This document shows positions 38,199 through 49,427 of a stretch of 64,000 nucleotides of DNA, one piece after another. How positions within the stretch are numbered: position 1 is the stretch's first letter; every line of letters starts with the position of its first letter. The DNA is taken from positions 67,249 to 131,248 of the forward strand of contig JAAAOM010000012.1 of NCBI GenBank assembly GCA_009908855.1. Direction: 5' to 3'. The DNA is from Bacteroidota bacterium. Its GTDB lineage: Bacteria > Bacteroidota > Bacteroidia > Bacteroidales > JAAAOM01. Below the pieces are notes generated by a model. It did no database searches and was not told where the DNA came from. It was given only the letters and a program-made list of their open reading frames with translations. A program made the position numbers and the translations under genes.

Positions 38199-38525
38199 AA
38201 TAAAAAAACGAAAACTGAGCGTTAGCATTTGCTACGCTCATTGTTTTGTGTAGCATTTCTACATGCTATTAAGCCGGGTTAGCTTGCTTGGTTTTGTAGT
38301 CTCTTAAATAGGTGTCAACAATATCAAATATTTTAGTTTTAGTTGCGGGTACCCCGTTAGTCCCGGCGCAAAAAATAAACTAACCGCTAGTTAGATCCCG
38401 ATAATTATCAGGATTGGTTCGGACTATCCCTATCTCGTATCCCTCATTATTCATCTGTTTATATTTCATTTTACATCAATAGTATTTATATTTGCGCAAC
38501 CAAATTTTTATGTAATTCCAAAATT

Positions 38526-39110
38526 ATGAACATCTCCGAATCCAAGCTTTTTACCGTATTACTTATAGGATTGTCATTTTTAGCACTAATAAGCTGTATG
38601 AACAAAGAAAAGCCCAATCAATCCTCGAACAGCAAGCATCAAAATGAGACAAAAGCATCCGATACAATTACCCTGGCTTCCATTTCGGATTTTCCTGTTC
38701 TGAAGATTGCAGGTTTCGCCCCTGCTTACAAGGATGAAGACCGTGGTTGTCTTGCTATTGATGCAGCATTATACAAGGGTGAATTTGCAGCGGCTAAAAC
38801 AAGCTTTCCAGGGAAAACCGGAGAGTATGATATAAAACTTGTTACTTTATTAGAATTTGATGGGGAGTCAAAATATGTTGTTAAAATAAATAATAATACA
38901 ATAGGCGGTTATAAAAATGCCAGGACTAATAAGAAAGGGGACATGTCTTTGTCCGACACCACTTTTAAATCAGTGAAAGTTGAAAAAGGGGATTCCATTC
39001 AGGTGGAATTTAATTCACATACCAACGAGTTAATACCTGAGGATGGCGGCACCGCCTATTCACGAGGCCGCTGGAAATACCTGAGATTTATACCGTCTTC
39101 AAAGGAATAA
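38526..39110 (+). CDS. hypothetical lipoprotein
   Basis: The lipobox is LIGLSFLALISC. The 194-aa ORF has an ATG start. I recognise no family; it could be a sugar-binding-like beta sandwich. Confidence 0.55.
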   Translation: MNISESKLFTVLLIGLSFLALISCMNKEKPNQSSNSKHQNETKASDTITLASISDFPVLKIAGFAPAYKDEDRGCLAIDAALYKGEFAAAKTSFPGKTGEYDIKLVTLLEFDGESKYVVKINNNTIGGYKNARTNKKGDMSLSDTTFKSVKVEKGDSIQVEFNSHTNELIPEDGGTAYSRGRWKYLRFIPSSKE

Positions 39111-39349
39111 TTTACACCAGTAAAATTTTATTGTGTTGTCAAAATCATAAAAAAAAATTAACAACCCGCTAGCAAAGCCTTTCAAATGAATTTATACAGG
39201 AGAAATTTTAAATCAGTTAGCTAATTTAATAATTATACCATCAGAGGGGTGGCATGAGAAATACAAACCACAAGCCGATCCAAGGGTATTCTTGGTCAGT
39301 CAGGAAGTACAAATTGTTTATTCAAAAAAAGAACTGGACTTTGATCCGA

Positions 39350-40654
<1,305 letters not shown>

Positions 40655-40909
40655 CTATATTTTTTTTTGACATTTAAATTTGAGTAAAAATAAACGAACA
40701 GAAAAATAATTTTTAACGAATACAAAAAATATAACCCTACATTCTCCCCTTTCATTACCAGAAACTTAAAAAAAAGGCATCCTGTGCATTGCATTCGTTT
40801 TTAGGCTTCAGGCTCATGGGCATTGGTTATGCTCAACCATTTTTAGTTATGCTTAAGTTGCTTATTAATAAGCGTCTATTTGGCTTTTTAAAAAATTCAA
40901 CTTTCATGG

Positions 40910-42343
40910 TTATCGCAAAAAATCCCTAAACCATCGGCCTGAATCCTTCACAATGCGTTCCTGTGTATCAAAATCAACATACACCAACCCAAATCCGGGA
41001 TCGTATCCATCGGCCCATTCAAAATTATCGGTAAAAGTCCAAACAAAATAACCGTCTATCGGTATGCCATCATTACGCATCTTTTGTAATTCCTTTAAAA
41101 CATTCTGGTGATATGCCTGTCGTTTATCATCTTTCACTCGTCCGTTCACCACTTCATCATCAAAACATACACCACTTTCTGAAATGATTAGATTGGGAAT
41201 ATCAGGGTATGACCAGTATTGTTCAACAACCTGTCGAATGCCTTCGGGGTAGTATTCAAACCCCATTTCGTTGGTGGGCACCTCTCTTTTTTCAGCCGGA
41301 ACTTCATTGGCAAATACAAAAGGCGGGAAAAGTGAGAACCTGGCAACGGTGCGGTAATAATACTGTATACCGATAAAATCATAATCAAATACCAATCTCT
41401 CCTCATCACCGGGGCAATAGTATTTTTCAATATAGTTGAGCAATGGAAATTCATCCGTTGGATAGCCCATACCGAGTAGTGGCTCAATAAAAAACCGATT
41501 AAGCAGTGCGTCAACCTTATTAGCTGCTTGTTTATGACGATAGGCTCCATTTTTGGGTGCCACGTACGACGAGAATTGTGTAGTACCAATATTGGCGTTT
41601 GGCAGATTGGTTTTCGCTATGCGTCCACCTTCACCCTGACATAAGGCTGCATGATGAGCGGCTTTCAGAAATGTTTTAAATCCGCGACGGCCAGGAGCAT
41701 GATAACCCAAAAAATAACCGAGGCCAACAAAACTCATTGGTTCATTTAATATGATCCAGTTATTTACTTTATGGCCATATTCACGGGTGCAGAAATCCAC
41801 ATATTCGCCAAACCAATCAACGATTTCACGATTCTCCCAACCGCCTTTATCCTCCAGAAACTGGGGCAGGTCCCAATGATAAAGGGTTACCCAGGGTTCG
41901 ATATTTTGTTTCAGACATTCATCAATAACGCGATGGTAAAAGTCAATTCCTTTTTGATTGCGTTGACCAATACCACTGGGTATGATGCGCGACCAGGACA
42001 ATGAAAATCGAAATATGGGGAAATTGAGTGATGCCAATAATTTGATGTCCTCGACATAGCGATTGTAAAAATCACTCGCAATGTTGCCATTGGTACCATC
42101 TTTCACATTGCGTGGTTGTTGGGTAAACGTATCCCAAATTGATGGCCCTTTTCCCTCAGCATCCCATGCACCTTCGGTCTGATAAGCGGCTGTGGCAACC
42201 CCCCATTTGAAATCGTTGTCAAAAGCCGTTCTGTCCAATATGAATTCCTCTTTTTTCGACGACCCAAAAATAGCCAAAGCAGGTACGAAAGGAATGGTAC
42301 TTCCGGTTGTAAGCAAGTATTTTATAAGATCACGTCGGTGCAT
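40910..42343 (-). CDS. GH1 beta-glucosidase with a Tat-like signal
   Basis: The N-terminus MHRRDLIKYLL is a twin-arginine motif. FKWGVATAAYQTEG, ILNEP (acid/base) and ISESG (nucleophile region) are present. Length is 477 aa. Confidence 0.85.
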   Translation of the reverse strand: MHRRDLIKYLLTTGSTIPFVPALAIFGSSKKEEFILDRTAFDNDFKWGVATAAYQTEGAWDAEGKGPSIWDTFTQQPRNVKDGTNGNIASDFYNRYVEDIKLLASLNFPIFRFSLSWSRIIPSGIGQRNQKGIDFYHRVIDECLKQNIEPWVTLYHWDLPQFLEDKGGWENREIVDWFGEYVDFCTREYGHKVNNWIILNEPMSFVGLGYFLGYHAPGRRGFKTFLKAAHHAALCQGEGGRIAKTNLPNANIGTTQFSSYVAPKNGAYRHKQAANKVDALLNRFFIEPLLGMGYPTDEFPLLNYIEKYYCPGDEERLVFDYDFIGIQYYYRTVARFSLFPPFVFANEVPAEKREVPTNEMGFEYYPEGIRQVVEQYWSYPDIPNLIISESGVCFDDEVVNGRVKDDKRQAYHQNVLKELQKMRNDGIPIDGYFVWTFTDNFEWADGYDPGFGLVYVDFDTQERIVKDSGRWFRDFLR

Positions 42344-42359
42344 CGTTCATACATTTTAG

Positions 42360-43184
42360 TTATTTTTCGGCTACGGCAATCAGTGCTGAATAATCCAATA
42401 CCAGCTGATTTTCTCGCTTATATCGCTGCAACATTTCGTATACTTCTTCTTTGAATCTACCATATTCAGCCGGTTTCAATTTCGATAAGAAAATTCCCAC
42501 ACCACTATTATGCCACATTTGAATGAATTCATTTTCATTTTTATAATAGCAATCCAATTGCTCGGTATAGATCTCTTTGCATTTCCAACCAGCCTTTTCA
42601 ATAAGATTTTGCAGTCCTTCTTTGCTATAAAAATTTACTGTTTCCTCGTTTTTATTGTGCACATCTGATATCGTTGGTTCATCCGTCAAATATTCCTGCA
42701 TTTTCTCCACCAGCCACTCAAAATGATATTGTTTGGCCCAGGTAGAAAAAACAAATGTACCTGGAGAACGAAGCACACGATCAATACCTTGAAGAGTGGC
42801 TTTTAGATTTTCAAAGAAGAACAATGCAAAACTACAAATTACCTTGTCGAAGGCATTATCCGGGAAAACCAAATTTTCGGCATCCATCACCATAAAATGT
42901 GCCTGTTGAAGAGCCAGGTATTCATATCTGCAATAATCGATCATTTCCTGAGCCAGGTCTATACCGATAATGGAACCTTCGGGGCCCAAATGATGAAAGG
43001 CCGGCAATACAGTTGCGCCTTTTCCGCAGGCCAGGTCCAGAATTTTATCATCGGCCTGAATACCGGCATATTCAACCAGTTTTTCTCCAAAATTCGTGAA
43101 AAATGGTGTGCCTATTTCATTGTATTTAGCAGATGCTCTGTTAAATGTATCAATAATAGATTGTTTGTAACTGCTAAGTTCCAT
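42360..43184 (-). CDS. class I SAM-dependent methyltransferase
   Basis: The motif I region is ILDLACGKGATV. I prefer the ATG at 43184 (MELSSYKQSI...), because the longer track ORF would overlap the upstream gene. Confidence 0.75.
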   Translation of the reverse strand: MELSSYKQSIIDTFNRASAKYNEIGTPFFTNFGEKLVEYAGIQADDKILDLACGKGATVLPAFHHLGPEGSIIGIDLAQEMIDYCRYEYLALQQAHFMVMDAENLVFPDNAFDKVICSFALFFFENLKATLQGIDRVLRSPGTFVFSTWAKQYHFEWLVEKMQEYLTDEPTISDVHNKNEETVNFYSKEGLQNLIEKAGWKCKEIYTEQLDCYYKNENEFIQMWHNSGVGIFLSKLKPAEYGRFKEEVYEMLQRYKRENQLVLDYSALIAVAEK

Positions 43185-43249
43185 GTGGGCTAAAATAAAA
43201 AAACCCGACATTTGCCGGGCAATTATTAACACATTTATTTTACTGTATA

Positions 43250-43855
43250 CTACCTTGTGAAGGTATAATGATAAGATTTTGTATCCGTATCGAGCCACAA
43301 ACTATATGTTCCCTGGTGCAGTTGGGTAATATCAAATTTTTTACGAATGAATTGTGAATCCGTTATTTTCTCACTGTGAATTTTTTGGGTCTCGTCGTAT
43401 ATGCTAATATTAACCTCTTCATTGTGCAGATTAGTGAAATATACATACAACTTTTCAGGAGTTTCATTGAATTTTGGTTTCATGAATTTTACTTCATGTT
43501 CCACTTTCAATTCGTCCCCACTTATATGAATTACTTTTTCAAGTGTTTCATACTCATCATCAAAAACAATCCTGTAACTACCATCTTCAAACTCCTTCAG
43601 ATCATATATCTTACTATATGAATTATTACCTGAAATAGCTTCTTTATAGTAGTTTGTATATCCGTTCTCGCTACTAACGGATACATTTACCTTTTTACCC
43701 TGGTAGTTATTGATGGTTACTACCGCCTTTTTTGAGCCTTCAACAGGTTTTACTTTAACATCTCCGATAGTGCGGGCGCTAATTGTATTAACCCCGGCTA
43801 TCAGTCCTAACATCAGAAACACACGTAGTGTCCGTTTAATTCCATTTTTCTTCAT
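43250..43855 (-). CDS. hypothetical secreted protein
   Basis: The signal peptide is MKKNGIKRTLRVFLMLGLIAGVNTISA. Length is 201 aa. I recognise no family. Confidence 0.5.
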   Translation of the reverse strand: MKKNGIKRTLRVFLMLGLIAGVNTISARTIGDVKVKPVEGSKKAVVTINNYQGKKVNVSVSSENGYTNYYKEAISGNNSYSKIYDLKEFEDGSYRIVFDDEYETLEKVIHISGDELKVEHEVKFMKPKFNETPEKLYVYFTNLHNEEVNISIYDETQKIHSEKITDSQFIRKKFDITQLHQGTYSLWLDTDTKSYHYTFTR

Positions 43856-44082
43856 AACTATACGATTTAATGAATTATAAATCTGTTACAAAGCTAGATA
43901 TAACTTTTGTTTGGTTGATTAATGGAAAATAAACTTTACTTTAATAAAATTTGAAATATAAGGCCCGTACTTAAAATTTGTGTGAATATTGCGGCAACAT
44001 TGGTAAGTATTGTTTTTGTTATTTTTACATTGGAATGATAAAAAGCGGAATAACAGCTACTTAACCATTAAAAATTGAAACG

Positions 44083-44110
44083 AAAAAAAGGGTATTTTAA
44101 AAATACCCTT
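44083..44110 (-). terminator. intrinsic terminator after the L,D-transpeptidase gene
   Basis: Stem GGGTATTT (44090-44097) pairs with AAATACCC (44101-44108). The plus-strand A7 run is a T7 run right after the hairpin on the minus strand. Confidence 0.65.
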
Positions 44111-44150
44111 CGATAAACAGGGGGTTAAATAAAATTTGAATGGATGTTTG

Positions 44151-45788
44151 TTAATTTAACTGTCCCTGCTTATAATTATAGATATCCTGGTAAAAAACCA
44201 GGTTTTCATTTTCGTCAACACCGCATAAATTGTAGGTTATATAAATTTTTACAGGATTTCTAAGATTAATAAATTCCCTCGAATTGCTTAAAAGCCTGGT
44301 TTTGTGGTGCGGGTCTTCATCCTGTGTAAGTTGCAAAAGATCATCGGCAAAATGCATCGGGTTTTGTACTCTTACACAACCGTGTGAATAAGCCCGGTAT
44401 TGATGATTAAACTGTGCTTTGCTGGGTGTATCATGCAAATATACACTGTATGGATTGTCGAATAAAAATTTAATTTTTCCCAGGGCATTACCATCGAATG
44501 ATTCCTGACGGAATTTATAATTAAAATTCCGGTAAGTGACATTGTTAAAATCAATTTGGTCAACATCCACTTCATTAAAATCGTGATCGATTAATTTAAA
44601 CCCATTTCTGGACAAATAGGTTGAATCCCTTTGAATTTTAGGGATTAACTCATTCATTGCGATTTTTTTCGGAACGGTCCAATATGGATTGGTTACGATG
44701 GTGGAGATATCACTTTCCAGCATTGGTGTGGGGGATGTTTTTTTCCCTACTATTACATTGTAATTTTTTACTATGCTGTTATTGTTAATGAGCTTAAGCG
44801 AAAAAGAAGGTATATTAACAAAAACACAGGTGTTTTGCATACCAGGTTTCTTACGGTAGAAATCAAGGTTATTGGCCACCCTGTCAAAAAGCTCGTAAGT
44901 GCTTTTATTTAATTGGTTTATCGTTTTTTTGGTTAACAATCCGTTTGGTTTAATGGAATGAATTTGCTGATATTTTTTAAGTGCATTCCTGTAAATAGTA
45001 TCATTTTTAATGTTGGCGGAATCGAGCAATCCCTGGTGATACAATACAATAGTGATTGATTTTTTAGCCGAATCTTCGTTATTTATCGGAAATGTAAGTC
45101 CATTTGTTGATTGATCCAGTCCTGTATTTTGAATAAATTTTTTATTGGCTGCCTGCAATCTCTGGTATTCAATAAATTGAGGTTGTACTGATAAGACCAT
45201 CCGTTTAAAATCGCCCTGAATGGCCAGGTGTAATTTTTCGATTAAATAATGACTTTCCGCTGCCGATAATTGTAAAGTGTCAAAATGCACCTTACCCCAT
45301 TTTAGATTGATAAGAAAGCGCAGACTCATTTCTGTCATTAAATATTCATATTCAAAACGATTTTCAATAATTTTTTTATAGTCCTGCGATTCTTTCAATT
45401 GCTCCATGCTAATCTTTAATCCTGATACGGCATATAAATCTTTTCTGAACCCATAATATTCAGCATGGTTTAACAATTGCATTAAAATTTGTGCCCTATT
45501 ATTTATTTCCGTTTCAAAGGTCCATACCGGTTTATAATTGACTTCGTAATAAAAGGCTGATACCAAATGTTTTATTTTTCCGAAACCGGTTGAATCATTC
45601 ATAATTGGCGAGAACTGTTGATTAAGAAGCAATTGCGTTTCGGGCAGGAAGAAATCGTTATATTCCTCTTTATTCAAAGGGTTCTGATAACTACTTAGCA
45701 ACAATATCCCAAAAAATAGCGCGGCAACTGCAATTTTTTGAAATCCCTTTTTATAAATCTCTTTTTTTCTAAATTTTTGTGGTGACAT
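44151..45788 (-). CDS. L,D-transpeptidase (YkuD) family protein
   Basis: The C-terminal catalytic region is YLHDTPSKAQFNHQYRAYSHGCVRVQNP. There is an N-terminal membrane anchor. Length is 545 aa. Confidence 0.8.
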   Translation of the reverse strand: MSPQKFRKKEIYKKGFQKIAVAALFFGILLLSSYQNPLNKEEYNDFFLPETQLLLNQQFSPIMNDSTGFGKIKHLVSAFYYEVNYKPVWTFETEINNRAQILMQLLNHAEYYGFRKDLYAVSGLKISMEQLKESQDYKKIIENRFEYEYLMTEMSLRFLINLKWGKVHFDTLQLSAAESHYLIEKLHLAIQGDFKRMVLSVQPQFIEYQRLQAANKKFIQNTGLDQSTNGLTFPINNEDSAKKSITIVLYHQGLLDSANIKNDTIYRNALKKYQQIHSIKPNGLLTKKTINQLNKSTYELFDRVANNLDFYRKKPGMQNTCVFVNIPSFSLKLINNNSIVKNYNVIVGKKTSPTPMLESDISTIVTNPYWTVPKKIAMNELIPKIQRDSTYLSRNGFKLIDHDFNEVDVDQIDFNNVTYRNFNYKFRQESFDGNALGKIKFLFDNPYSVYLHDTPSKAQFNHQYRAYSHGCVRVQNPMHFADDLLQLTQDEDPHHKTRLLSNSREFINLRNPVKIYITYNLCGVDENENLVFYQDIYNYKQGQLN

Positions 45789-46218
45789 GCGTATCCTTTC
45801 AATTCGTTTATCAGGATATACGCAACCAGTTTTCAGAAGTATGCGAGTATTACACCAATCGCGGACTTTATTTGATGAATTTTTAAACTACTGGGAATCA
45901 ATAACTTTTACTGAATAGGCCATACAGCAATGAATACAGAAATACCTTTATTGGGTATTTATTAGTGAAAGTTATAAAGTTAGAAATCATTCACAGGGTA
46001 CGATACAGATCCTGCAATCTGTTCCAGACTTCTGTAATTTCTTCCTGTTTCACTTCTTCAATGATAATTCTGTTTTTCTTTTCTGTTTTTAGGACGTAGC
46101 GGGTTGTTTCTGTTTCCAAAATATTACATTTTTAGTGTTGGAGATATACTAATTTAATGAAATTTCTCTTACATAGTATTTAAAACGCTGAATTTTGCAT
46201 TATTTGGCGTTTTAATAT

Positions 46219-46785
46219 CTATTTCACAAAGAATTTAAGCGGATAGGAAGCGTAGTTAACCTCTCTCCCTTCACTATTCCAGCCCCAAATTCCCCAATAA
46301 TATACTGTATTTGAATTCAAAGGTTTCGGAATGGCCTTAAAATTTTCAATAAAGAAATCTGCATTTTCATCATCAGGGTATTTACCGTCTGAATAAAACA
46401 CTTCTCCTTCCCGGGATTCAATATCATCTGCTTCCAGCCCTGAATGCCATATCCAGGTAATATCTCCGGGATTTAATATATTCATATTATCCGCTGAGAT
46501 AACAGGGGGGTTTTTAAAAATGGCCGCAACCACAAAAGGAGCATTGGTGGGGTCCCATTTCAAAAAAGGTTCATTGGTTAGGGTATCGCAAATACTATCA
46601 ACATTAAACAGGCTATCGCCAAATACAACAATACTATCTCCGTTGTGGGTATATTGGTAAGGATCAACATCAATTTTAATGGCCCGTGGAAAAATAAGAT
46701 CCGGGTCTAAAAACTGAATCAGTATTTGGTCTTCACACGAAACCAACAGCAAGGCTAACAACAGAAATTGAATTTTTTTCACCAT
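46219..46785 (-). CDS. hypothetical lipoprotein
   Basis: The lipobox is LLALLLVSC. The 188-aa ORF has an ATG start. Confidence 0.5.
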   Translation of the reverse strand: MVKKIQFLLLALLLVSCEDQILIQFLDPDLIFPRAIKIDVDPYQYTHNGDSIVVFGDSLFNVDSICDTLTNEPFLKWDPTNAPFVVAAIFKNPPVISADNMNILNPGDITWIWHSGLEADDIESREGEVFYSDGKYPDDENADFFIENFKAIPKPLNSNTVYYWGIWGWNSEGREVNYASYPLKFFVK

Positions 46786-46827
46786 GGATTATTTAATCTT
46801 CTAAGATCGTAAAGATAATAAGCCTCT

Positions 46828-48024
46828 TTAAAAAATAACCTGTACACCCAGATTTACCATGATTTTTTCATTGAGTACTGATTTTGTTGATCGTATGGCT
46901 GATCCGGACACATTTCCCTTAAATTCGGTGATTTCAATTTGATGTGATAAATACCTTAATTCCAGGCTTATCGCCTTAGACAAATCAAGAAAATAACGGG
47001 TTCCTATATATGGCTGGTTTACCAAATCCCCGGTTTTAAACGAAAAGCCCAATGTATTTCCTATGTATGTGCTAAACATTCTGTTTTGTGGTTCAATAAT
47101 CCAGAACTTAAGGGTTGGTCCGGCATATCCGTCAATATAAAAACTGTCAATAATGGCATCATTTTCATTAGGCAGCAAATTAAATTTATCTGAATATTCA
47201 GAGGTAGAAACTGATAATTCAGCGCCGATAGAAAAACGTCTAAAAAAATTAACCGAAGAAATATGCTGTAAATAACTCATACTTAAAAACCACCCTTTAT
47301 AATCAGCACCAATATGCAAAGGTTTTAATGGAGGTACCAGTTTCAAATTAAGATTATGTCGCGGAAAATCAGGGATATATTGTGCATAGTTAAGCCGTAT
47401 ATCCATAAGATCACCATCATATTCGGCAAATTTTAATGTTTTTAGCAGCGGATTATATCCTGATTTTGAAAAAAACACTTTAATACTATCATTTGGATTC
47501 TGTGTGGTGATATCGGCTTTAAACATACCCAGGTACAGGCAATTCCAATAGTCTTCACTATCATAATAGCATCCCAGTGTTTTTTGGTTATACACCTGAT
47601 CCTCATGTTTAATCGTTACATTTACATCTTCCAGAGGCATATTGCCAACCCTTACCCGGCCTTTTAAAAGGATGCGGTATCCGGGATATAATCTGACATT
47701 AATATCTTCTAAAAGCCTACCGGCAGGAATAGAATGTGTAATTGTATGCGTGCGCAAACCGCTTTTCATGAACTCCATGGTTATTTCCTGATCAGCCAGT
47801 GAAACGGGGACGGCCAGCGAAAAATTACCGTTATGGATTTCATATTGTTTAATTAATGTATTGGTTGTAATTTTTACCTGCGCCGTATCGATGGGTTGAT
47901 TTTGTATATTCATGATACGGCCCTTAACGATCAATGTATCCCCGCTTGCAAAAGTGTTTGCGGTACATAAAAGGCTTACAGTGAGTAAAAATACTGCCAG
48001 GATATTATGTTGAAAATTTTTCAT
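46828..48024 (-). CDS. hypothetical outer-membrane-type protein (CarboxypepD_reg-like N-terminal domains plus a C-terminal beta-barrel-like region)
   Basis: The signal peptide is LAVFLLTVSLLCTANTFA. LIVKGRIMNIQNQPIDTAQVKI resembles carboxypeptidase regulatory-like domains. The protein ends in ...MVNLGVQVIF, an aromatic terminal residue. Confidence 0.5.
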   Translation of the reverse strand: MKNFQHNILAVFLLTVSLLCTANTFASGDTLIVKGRIMNIQNQPIDTAQVKITTNTLIKQYEIHNGNFSLAVPVSLADQEITMEFMKSGLRTHTITHSIPAGRLLEDINVRLYPGYRILLKGRVRVGNMPLEDVNVTIKHEDQVYNQKTLGCYYDSEDYWNCLYLGMFKADITTQNPNDSIKVFFSKSGYNPLLKTLKFAEYDGDLMDIRLNYAQYIPDFPRHNLNLKLVPPLKPLHIGADYKGWFLSMSYLQHISSVNFFRRFSIGAELSVSTSEYSDKFNLLPNENDAIIDSFYIDGYAGPTLKFWIIEPQNRMFSTYIGNTLGFSFKTGDLVNQPYIGTRYFLDLSKAISLELRYLSHQIEITEFKGNVSGSAIRSTKSVLNEKIMVNLGVQVIF

Positions 48025-48337
48025 GTATCAATTAAACTGTCATTAACCACTTTAAAGTAAGCATAATTAACGATTTTAACAAATCCTATATATAATCTTA
48101 AAACCGCAAATTTTTCTGTTCTCTGGTTAGGACTTCTATTCTGCCCGTCCTCAACCTCACCCGTAGCAAAGTTGAAGGGCGGCGTATTATAGAGCAATGC
48201 CATTGAACCTGCGGTTTTTGGTATTCTTTTCTTACGAAAATTCAAAACAATGGTTATATCATAAGCTGAAATAGTGCATAAATGCTATAATTATAAATAA
48301 ATATAATCAAACCTTGTTTATAATTCACATTTTTAAT

Positions 48338-48345
48338 TATCTTTG
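48338..48345 (+). promoter_or_regulatory. candidate -7 box (TATCTTTG) for rpsT
   Basis: It matches TAnnTTTG and lies 44 nt upstream of the rpsT ATG. The upstream -33 element is only CTTG with a 22-nt spacer. Confidence 0.35.
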
Positions 48346-48388
48346 TGGCTCGAAAAAAATGCGGTAATTAAAAAGATTTAAGAATACG

Positions 48389-48640
48389 ATGGCAAATCAC
48401 AAATCGGCATTAAAACGAATTCGTCAGAACGAAACACGCAGATTGCATAACAGGTATTATGCAAAAACCATGCGTAATGCGGTGAAACATTTAAGAAATC
48501 TGGAAGATAAAAGCGAAGCAACAGAATTATTGCCCCAAGTAACAGCAATGGTTGATAAGCTGGCCAAAAAGAATATTATTCACAAGAACAAAGCCGGTAA
48601 TTTAAAATCAAGTCTTGCCAAACACGTTAATAGTCTGTAA
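48389..48640 (+). CDS. rpsT: 30S ribosomal protein S20
   Basis: [33 protein letters not shown] is canonical S20. Confidence 0.95.
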   Translation: MANHKSALKRIRQNETRRLHNRYYAKTMRNAVKHLRNLEDKSEATELLPQVTAMVDKLAKKNIIHKNKAGNLKSSLAKHVNSL

Positions 48641-48661
48641 AAAAAATATTCCTTAACTTGG

Positions 48662-48692
48662 AGCCTTCTCATAACCTGGGAAGGCTTTTTTT
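48662..48692 (+). terminator. intrinsic terminator after rpsT
   Basis: Stem AGCCTTC (48662-48668) pairs with GAAGGCT (48680-48686) and is followed by TTTTTT. It lies inside the N-terminal extension of the track radC ORF, which argues for the downstream radC start. Confidence 0.65.
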
Positions 48693-48696
48693 GTTT

Positions 48697-49386
48697 ATGG
48701 ATAAAAAACTCAGCATTAAAAACTGGTCGAGTGATGACCGCCCCCGCGAAAAACTGCTACAGAAGGGCACAGCGGCCCTATCCGATGCCGAATTAATTGC
48801 AATATTATTGGGATCGGGCAGCCGTGACGAATCAGCTGTTGAACTTGCCAGGCGATTATTGAATAGTGCTGCCAATAATCTCAATGAATTGGGCAGGCAA
48901 ACCGTGCATGACCTTCAAAAACACAAGGGAATTGGCGAAGCAAAAGCATTAACCATTGTGGCAGCACTGGAAATTGGCCGCAGAAGAAAAATATCTGAAG
49001 TGCTGGAAAAAGAGCAAATTAGTACAAGCAATGATGTTTTTGAACTCATGCAATCTGTACTGGCCGATTTACCCTACGAAGAGTTTTGGATACTACTTCT
49101 CAACCGTGCCAACCGGATTATTGAAAAAATTAAGCTAAGCCAGGGCGGTATTTCCGGTACAGTAACGGATGTAAGGTTAATTTTAAAATTTGCCATTGAT
49201 AAACTGGCTTCTGCCATCATCCTTTGTCATAATCATCCGTCGGGAAATATTCAGCCAAGTCATTCCGACCGCAACATAACCCATAAATTAAAAGAAGCCT
49301 GCATACACATGGATATAAACCTGATCGATCATATTATAATCGGTGAAAACAAATATTATAGTTTTGCAGATGAGGGAATCCTGTAA
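48697..49386 (+). CDS. radC: RadC-family JAB/MPN domain protein
   Basis: MDKKLSIKNWSSDDRPREKLL..., the HhH region and the JAMM motif ILCHNHPSG are present. The start is placed after the rpsT terminator. Confidence 0.85.
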   Translation: MDKKLSIKNWSSDDRPREKLLQKGTAALSDAELIAILLGSGSRDESAVELARRLLNSAANNLNELGRQTVHDLQKHKGIGEAKALTIVAALEIGRRRKISEVLEKEQISTSNDVFELMQSVLADLPYEEFWILLLNRANRIIEKIKLSQGGISGTVTDVRLILKFAIDKLASAIILCHNHPSGNIQPSHSDRNITHKLKEACIHMDINLIDHIIIGENKYYSFADEGIL

Positions 49387-49427
49387 TTTGGTTATATCTG
49401 TAAACCGTACTTGAAAACAATAATTAA

